Virus record (IMG/VR): IMGVR_UViG_3300040733_000034
Coordinates: 1-50,740 of that record
Length of the DNA: 50,740 bases
DNA from: a virus
Taxonomy: Duplodnaviria; Caudoviricetes
Direction: 5' to 3' (one strand)
This document shows positions 45,377 to 50,740 of this stretch, piece after piece. A program made the translations under genes and the position numbers. The notes beneath the pieces are model-generated. The model ran no database searches. It saw nothing but the letters and a program-made list of their open reading frames with translations, and was not told the DNA's origin. The number at the start of each line of letters is the position of its first letter. The first letter of the stretch is position 1.

Positions 45377-46013
45377 TTTGTTTGTCTACTCGAATTACTT
45401 CATAATCCAGTAATGTTTCTTGTGAGAAGTAATTCCATAAAGATAGCGTATAAAGAAAGTGGTTGAAATCGTTCTCGTGGTTGTAGTATTCCTTAATCGT
45501 GGCCGGCCTGAGCGGGTTCGTCTTGTTTAGGTGCACGACCATACGCCGCCAGGGCTTAATGCCGTTTTCCATAAGCGCCCCCTGGTAGGCCCCGGTCTGC
45601 AGGGCCATGTCTTTCCAGATCGCGCCGGTGGTCTTGATGTCAACCACCGTGGGGTTTGATTGATCGCCTTTGAGGATGCAGACCAGGTCCGGTGTGCCGG
45701 CGTATCCGTATTTGAGGGACCAGGTCGGCTTCTCGCTCTCGATCACTTCTTTGACCGTAGCATGAAACCAATCGTAAAAGGCTCCTACAAGCAGGTTCTG
45801 CCTGGCTTCTTCCTCCTGGATAATCCCGCGAACGACATCGTGACATCTGCTGTGGACCTCTTTGCCCAGGGCAGCGGCCTCATACATGATCCGGTCCGCC
45901 TCCGCATTCCCGACCATGCCTCTCCAGTATTCAAGCTGCTGTCTCCTGATTATGCCCAGGACCGTTGTCACTGATGGAAGCAGGCTGCCGTCAATCTCAT
46001 AGAACCGGTTCAT
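45369..46013 (-). CDS. PD-(D/E)XK exonuclease
   Basis: LPSVTTVLG, G.EVH, YAGTPDL, VVDIKT, LQTGAY. Confidence 0.88.
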   Translation of the reverse strand: MNRFYEIDGSLLPSVTTVLGIIRRQQLEYWRGMVGNAEADRIMYEAAALGKEVHSRCHDVVRGIIQEEEARQNLLVGAFYDWFHATVKEVIESEKPTWSLKYGYAGTPDLVCILKGDQSNPTVVDIKTTGAIWKDMALQTGAYQGALMENGIKPWRRMVVHLNKTNPLRPATIKEYYNHENDFNHFLYTLSLWNYFSQETLLDYEVIRVDKQNG

Positions 46014-46092
46014 GGATCCTCCTCCTCACAATTCCCGCAATATTTGTCTGAATTGGTCATTGCATCACCATATCTTTCGTGTTAAAATCGCT

Positions 46093-46632
46093 TTAGATGT
46101 TATAAGTGATCCTCGGTTCTGCCGCCACGCAGGCCGGGGATTTTTCGTTAGTTCCACTGAAGTTGTTTTTCAGGCCCCACAGAACGAGTGTTCTGATTTT
46201 GACTTCAATCTCGGCAATCTCAGCCAGAATGTCCTCGAAGGCTGCCTTTTCCTTGTCGTCGATCACTCCATCCTCTGCGATCATGACAAGCAGGTGTTTG
46301 ATTCGGTTCAGGTCCTCGCTCTCTTTAAGCAGACCTAAAACTGCCCCCTCAAGGCCCTTGCTCTCATACTGCGGGCGCTTGTTCATCCCGATCGGACATA
46401 CCCCGGTGCAATGCCTTTCAGTAAGCTCGGGATCCCCGTACAGGCTTTCCATGGCCATGACGATCTCGGCCTCCGGGATCTTCTGCCCCATCTCGATCCT
46501 CTCCAGTGTTTTGCTTGACATGTTCAGCCTCCATGCCGCAAAAAGGCGGCTCTTGACCGGTTCTGTCTGCAGACGGGACAAATTGTATATTGTTTGGGCT
46601 TTATGGCGCGTACTTTTAGACGTTGTCTCCAC
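46093..46632 (-). CDS. HTH / CII-like phage regulatory protein
   Basis: LNMSSKTLERIEMG HTH, HCTGVCPIG, IAEDGVIDDKE motifs. Confidence 0.7.
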   Translation of the reverse strand: METTSKSTRHKAQTIYNLSRLQTEPVKSRLFAAWRLNMSSKTLERIEMGQKIPEAEIVMAMESLYGDPELTERHCTGVCPIGMNKRPQYESKGLEGAVLGLLKESEDLNRIKHLLVMIAEDGVIDDKEKAAFEDILAEIAEIEVKIRTLVLWGLKNNFSGTNEKSPACVAAEPRITYNI

Positions 46633-46717
46633 CCCCTTTCCATGAGAAAATTAGATTAGCAAACAGCCTCCTCACAGCCCGGTCATTTGGTACCGGTGGC
46701 CGGGCTCACTCCCCCCA

Positions 46718-46909
46718 TTATCCCCAGGGCCAATTCTGGCCCCAGGCCCAGCCCATGACAGCAAACATAATAACTACGAATAGGGTGGCCAGCACAGCAC
46801 ACAGATTAAAGGCCGCCTTCTTTGGTTTCCAGACTAAACGCTTTCTTTTTGGTAATTTAAGATCCGGGTACCCTTGCACACAACGGATCTCGGCGGCGGA
46901 TAGTTTCAT
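46718..46909 (-). CDS. Small membrane protein
   Basis: Basic N-terminus plus one TM helix; AAAGGAG RBS. Confidence 0.6.
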   Translation of the reverse strand: MKLSAAEIRCVQGYPDLKLPKRKRLVWKPKKAAFNLCAVLATLFVVIMFAVMGWAWGQNWPWG

Positions 46910-46945
46910 CCGCTTTCATCTCCTTTCTGGCGCATTTTAAGAACA

Positions 46946-47107
46946 CTAACTGGCAGCCGGCTCCTGATCCGCCATCCGCTCCCTGCGTATCTTTTCTACC
47001 TGCTCCTGCAGTTCAGGCGGTACCGGCGCGAGACCCAGTATGCGCAGCTCAGCGATTGCCAGGGCACGTCCGAAAGCCTTCCAGTCCGGTCCTTCGGGCT
47101 TATCCAA
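46946..47107 (-). CDS. Small hypothetical protein (53 aa, not in ORF track)
   Basis: TTG start with AAGGTGGTG RBS; MDKPEGPDWKAFGRALAIAELR... Confidence 0.5.
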   Translation of the reverse strand: MDKPEGPDWKAFGRALAIAELRILGLAPVPPELQEQVEKIRRERMADQEPAAS

Positions 47108-47156
47108 ACGATCACCACCTTGTTAGTTAGTTATCAAAATAAATGGGGGTTTATTT

Positions 47157-47345
47157 ATGCACTATATGGTTGAGTTAATCGCCTCTAACGACCACATGGA
47201 GCTCCAGATTCAAATTAATGCCTGGCTCCGCCTGAAACGCCCAAAGCGCACAAGGTTTTATTTTGTCGCTGATGGCGCTGAGTTCACATACTGCGTGCTT
47301 ATCGCATATGTACCGAGGGAAAAGCCGCTGCCGAAGGATAGATAG
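47157..47345 (+). CDS. Small hypothetical protein, antisense to the early operon
   Basis: 62-aa ORF with GGGGG upstream; convergent with cro. Confidence 0.55.
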   Translation: MHYMVELIASNDHMELQIQINAWLRLKRPKRTRFYFVADGAEFTYCVLIAYVPREKPLPKDR

Positions 47346-47347
47346 TC

Positions 47348-47587
47348 TTATTGTCCATCAGTGCCCGTAGGACACATTTTGTTTCCTTCTTCCTCAAAAA
47401 AAATATCATCTACAGAAACCTTGTAATAATCTGCTATTTTTTTTGCCAAAGGTAGAGATGGGGTTCTATCGCCCCTTTCAATCGCACCTAGCATCTGCGG
47501 AGTTATTTCGAGATCATAAGCAACGTTTTGTCTCGACTTATCACCTCGCAGTTTTATTAACTTTGTTCTCTCAGTCAATCGCCTCAC
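47348..47587 (-). CDS. Cro-like XRE HTH regulator
   Basis: SRQNVAYDLEITPQMLGAIERGDRTPSL; divergent from CI. Confidence 0.88.
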   Translation of the reverse strand: MRRLTERTKLIKLRGDKSRQNVAYDLEITPQMLGAIERGDRTPSLPLAKKIADYYKVSVDDIFFEEEGNKMCPTGTDGQ

Positions 47588-47599
47588 CCCTTCTCAGTG

Positions 47600-47714
47600 G
47601 AAACATATCGTTTCTATTTGACTGTTATTTTATAGAAACAATATGTTTCTGTCAATACTATTTATGAAACTTTTTGTTTCTTTTATGGTAATGAAACTTA
47701 TTGTTTCTTATAAT
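47600..47714. promoter_or_regulatory. Genetic switch: four GAAAC-N5-GTTTC operators and divergent promoters
   Basis: Operators at 47600, 47635, 47666 and 47693; leftward TTGACA(47650-55)-N17-TAAAAT(47627-32); rightward TATAAT at 47709-14. Confidence 0.85.
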
Positions 47715-47735
47715 ACAATAAATGGGGTGACTCAA

Positions 47736-48200
47736 ATGTTTAGTAAACGCTTGACGAGCTTAAGAAAAAGAAAAGGGCTTAGTCAATATAAATTAGCTGA
47801 AATGCTTAATCTAACCAGAGGCCAAATCGCAAATTATGAGCAAGGGAAAAGACAACCAGATTTTGATACCTTGCAATTATTTGCCGATTTTTTTATCACA
47901 ACAACCGACTATCTACTTGGCCGTACCAACGAATCCGCCCCGCCCCAGGCGAAGCAGGAAAAACCGAATTTCGAGGAATATGTTTTATCCGCGACAGCCC
48001 TGCCCGATGCAACCATCCGGATCGCGGAACTTGACAGTCTATACGATCTCGACAGTAAAACATTCACCCACCTGTCCAGGCTTGCTTACAACAAGTTTGG
48101 GCTGCCAGGCGCAAAGGGATCCCCAAAGGCAGCCGGAGGGGTATCAAGGCCGGGCACAGGTGCGCTAGGTGAGGACACAGAGGAAAATGATAACGACTGA
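47736..48200 (+). CDS. CI/ImmR-like XRE repressor
   Basis: Start re-called to ATG at 47736; LSQYKLAEMLNLTRGQIANYEQGKRQPD, TTDYLLGR. Confidence 0.9.
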   Translation: MFSKRLTSLRKRKGLSQYKLAEMLNLTRGQIANYEQGKRQPDFDTLQLFADFFITTTDYLLGRTNESAPPQAKQEKPNFEEYVLSATALPDATIRIAELDSLYDLDSKTFTHLSRLAYNKFGLPGAKGSPKAAGGVSRPGTGALGEDTEENDND

Positions 48201-48690
48201 CAGCTTATTTGAGTGGGCCAGCATTTTCGGGATTAAAGTGGTTTTTAAAAATCTTAAAGGCATTGATTCCGGTCCCCTGGGCCTGGCTGATGCCGACAGT
48301 AAAACCATTGAACTCGATCAATCACTGATAGACAGCCCACGCCAACTTAAAGCAATTCTCGCGGAAGAGATAGGCCATATCCTTTACCCGCCCCGACCTG
48401 GTCACATCAGATACCATTCCCGGGGATTCTGGCAAAGAGCGGACTGTGAGAGCATAAGACAATCGGTTGCCCAGGACGAACGTAAAGCGCTCGACTGGGC
48501 AACTAGTGTTTTACTGCCAGATGTCGAATTTGATCGAATTATGGAAAATGGGAACTTATCACTCAGTGAAATTGCTGAGTGTTATGAAGTGGAGCCACTA
48601 TTTGCCAAGCACAAAATTAATTATTACAGGCGAAAGGAGCGGATGTCAGGCAGAAAAGTTAAGTGGAAGGACGTTATCAGAAGGGTGTAA
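48187..48690 (+). CDS. ImmA/IrrE-family metallopeptidase (antirepressor)
   Basis: LAEEIGH zinc motif variant, ERKALDWATSVLLP; follows the repressor. Confidence 0.85.
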   Translation: MITTDSLFEWASIFGIKVVFKNLKGIDSGPLGLADADSKTIELDQSLIDSPRQLKAILAEEIGHILYPPRPGHIRYHSRGFWQRADCESIRQSVAQDERKALDWATSVLLPDVEFDRIMENGNLSLSEIAECYEVEPLFAKHKINYYRRKERMSGRKVKWKDVIRRV

Positions 48691-48713
48691 GAATATTATT
48701 TGGAGGTGTAACA

Positions 48714-49163
48714 ATGGGAGGTTTCCTCATTTTATTAGGTGTCTTGGGTTTTATTATATCAGGAGGAATAATTGTATATCAGCTAGTTACAAAGAAAGGG
48801 CTTGATAAACGATTATCCTCTGCATTTGTTGTTTCAGTGGCATTATTAATCATAGGTTCAATGGTGACCCCAGGAAGTAAACCAGAGGATCTCAATAAAA
48901 TTGAGGTAAGAGCTGAAGCTCAAGACTTAATCAATGAAAAAGGGCAAACAAAGGTTGTAGTTTGGGTTAAAAATAACAGCAGTAAGACTTACGATGGACA
49001 AGTAAAAGTTACATCCCTCGATATAGACGGCAGCCATTTAGGGTTTGATGGCTTTTACCCGAAGGATCTTGCTCCCGGCAAAAGCACATATGGAATTACA
49101 TGGCTTAAAGTAGCAAAAACGCCTAATGTTAAAGCGGAAGTTCTTGGCGGAACTTTTAAATAA
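48714..49163 (+). CDS. Membrane-anchored exported protein (possible superinfection exclusion)
   Basis: Two N-terminal TM helices plus a beta-rich domain (VWVKNNS, DLAPG); GGAGG RBS; between peptidase and integrase; AT-rich. Confidence 0.65.
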   Translation: MGGFLILLGVLGFIISGGIIVYQLVTKKGLDKRLSSAFVVSVALLIIGSMVTPGSKPEDLNKIEVRAEAQDLINEKGQTKVVVWVKNNSSKTYDGQVKVTSLDIDGSHLGFDGFYPKDLAPGKSTYGITWLKVAKTPNVKAEVLGGTFK

Positions 49164-49192
49164 TCTAATCTGACAACACATGAGGTGACAAC

Positions 49193-50674
49193 ATGAAACG
49201 CCGCGGCTGCGCTTATGTCCGCGTCTCAAAAGAGCGTGAGGATGGAATATCTCCGGAGCAGCAGGAAGAAAAAGCCGAACTACAAGCTAAACTCTTAGGT
49301 CTGGACCTGATCCGGGTTTACCAGGATATAGATATATCCGGCAGATCCGATCGGCGCCCGGCTTTCCAGGAGATGATCCGGGATATAAAAGCCGGGCACT
49401 ATGATGTCTGCCTGGTTTATAAGATAGACCGTTTCTGTCGTAATGTCCGTGACTTCCACCACTATGCCGGGATCCTGGACAGGTACGGCTGCGCTCTCGT
49501 ATCGATCAGCCAGAATTTTGACACCAGCACGCCAATGGGCCGTCTGATGAGGAACATCCTGGCCGACTTTGCGCAGTTTGAGAGCGAAATGATCGGCGAA
49601 CGCGTAAGAGACAATAAGCTGGCCTCAGCCAGGCGCGGCAAATGGACAGGCGGCCATGTGCCTTATGGGTACATTTTTAAAGACAAAAAATTTGAGATCA
49701 ATCCAGAAGAATCTCAGGCGGTCGCCCTAATGTATGAGCTGCGCGGCAAGGGCTGGGGTTTTCTGCGGATTGCAAAAGAGATAACGTCAAGAGGATTCCG
49801 GCCGCGCCACGGCACACGCCGGGGCCTGCATTGGTCTGATGACAGCATCCGCTATATCATCGAAAACCCAGTCTATAAAGGCGAGCTCAATTATGAAAAA
49901 GTATCAGTAGCCGGAATAGTGCCGGCTATAGTCAACAAAGACACCTGGAACCAGGCCCAGCTGCTGAAAAAACTGCCGGGAAGATCCCAGCAGTCTCAGC
50001 ATATATTAAGCGGGCTCCTCTATTGCACCCACTGCGGTCACTCCGGCTGGACGATCACGAAAAACGGCCGCGGCTATCTGAAAAAAGACGGGACCCCTCA
50101 CAACCGGGTCCTGCGTTATATGTGCCGGACGAAACGGGATCGCAATGCACGGGCGTGCGCATGTCACCTTTTGGATAAAACCACTTTAGAGGACAGGGTT
50201 ATTAAATTAATATTTAAGATGGCCCGCAGGGATTCAATTATAAAAGAATTTCAAAAAGCAGCGGCTGAAGCCGCGGCGACATGCGAACAAAATGATCATG
50301 ACAGGATAAAAGCGGAACTGGATAATCTGCATGTCCTTATGGGTGAATTATTCTCAGACTATTATGATCACCGGCTGATAACCAGAGAGCAGTTTGCCAA
50401 AAAAAATAATGAGTATCTGGAGAAAGAAAAGCTGCTTTCAGAAAAACTTCAGGAAATTGAAGCGCAGCCCCTCAGCAACATAGATCTTCTGGCGGCTAAT
50501 ATTAACTCAATTAACGCTAACTGGTCAGTCTTAACCGAAGGCGAAAAAAAGATTGCGCTGCGCCAGGTAATAAGAAGAATTGATGTCTACCCGGACCGTG
50601 TCGAAGTAGACTTTTTCGGAATAAAAAAAGCAATAGCGCCGAAAAGTAATTCCGGCGCCACGCTTTTGTTTTAG
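49193..50674 (+). CDS. Large serine recombinase (integrase)
   Basis: AYVRVS catalytic motif, ISGRSDRRP, YKIDRFCRN, PYGY, zinc ribbon LSGLLYCTHCG, coiled coil. Confidence 0.96.
   Translation: MKRRGCAYVRVSKEREDGISPEQQEEKAELQAKLLGLDLIRVYQDIDISGRSDRRPAFQEMIRDIKAGHYDVCLVYKIDRFCRNVRDFHHYAGILDRYGCALVSISQNFDTSTPMGRLMRNILADFAQFESEMIGERVRDNKLASARRGKWTGGHVPYGYIFKDKKFEINPEESQAVALMYELRGKGWGFLRIAKEITSRGFRPRHGTRRGLHWSDDSIRYIIENPVYKGELNYEKVSVAGIVPAIVNKDTWNQAQLLKKLPGRSQQSQHILSGLLYCTHCGHSGWTITKNGRGYLKKDGTPHNRVLRYMCRTKRDRNARACACHLLDKTTLEDRVIKLIFKMARRDSIIKEFQKAAAEAAATCEQNDHDRIKAELDNLHVLMGELFSDYYDHRLITREQFAKKNNEYLEKEKLLSEKLQEIEAQPLSNIDLLAANINSINANWSVLTEGEKKIALRQVIRRIDVYPDRVEVDFFGIKKAIAPKSNSGATLLF

Positions 50675-50740
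<66 letters not shown>

Noticed and set aside
45369-46013. Cas4 as part of a CRISPR system with the RAMP gene
   Set aside because: Lacks the Cas4 Fe-S cysteine cluster and sits in the Bet recombination module 7 kb away; an ordinary phage exonuclease
455-46645. Numerous plus-strand ORFs opposite the long minus-strand genes (e.g. 7781-8587, 13618-14160, 38551-39222, 41956-42546)
   Set aside because: Shadow ORFs of GC-rich coding sequence, with no motifs or RBS

Overview
The window is a complete temperate siphophage (prophage or circularised genome) of a probable Bacillota/Clostridia host, bounded by an exact 52-bp direct repeat (1-52 = 50689-50740) that is the central part of a tRNA-Val(TAC) gene. 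Reading from right to left, the modules are: lysogeny (large serine recombinase, membrane protein, ImmA/IrrE-like peptidase, CI/Cro switch with four GAAAC-N5-GTTTC operators); early recombination and replication (PD-(D/E)XK exonuclease, Bet, O-like initiator with six iterons, DnaC-like loader, HNH nucleases, RecU); packaging and head (ParB-like, terminases, portal, giant MuF-type minor head protein, scaffold, decoration, capsid, a sigma factor); tail; lysis; and an independently promoted MoxR-AAA/VWA accessory operon. The most striking element is a stand-alone Cas7/RAMP-like gene (37962-38630, minus strand). It is followed immediately by about 660 nt of apparently non-coding DNA with strong 5-nt periodicity (NNN-GY pentamers punctuated by GC-NNN-GGY units) and no other cas gene or CRISPR array, which makes it a candidate RNA-guided system. 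Other highlights are a MuF-kinase-putative ADP-ribosyltransferase virion protein with a downstream immunity-like ORF, an ADP-ribosylglycohydrolase fused out of frame to a truncated PAPS-reductase-like gene, a self-nested decoration protein, a partial beta-clamp-like protein, a structured intergenic region before the lysis genes, and strong GGATCC over-representation. All protein calls are from motif recognition and synteny only; no database searches were run.
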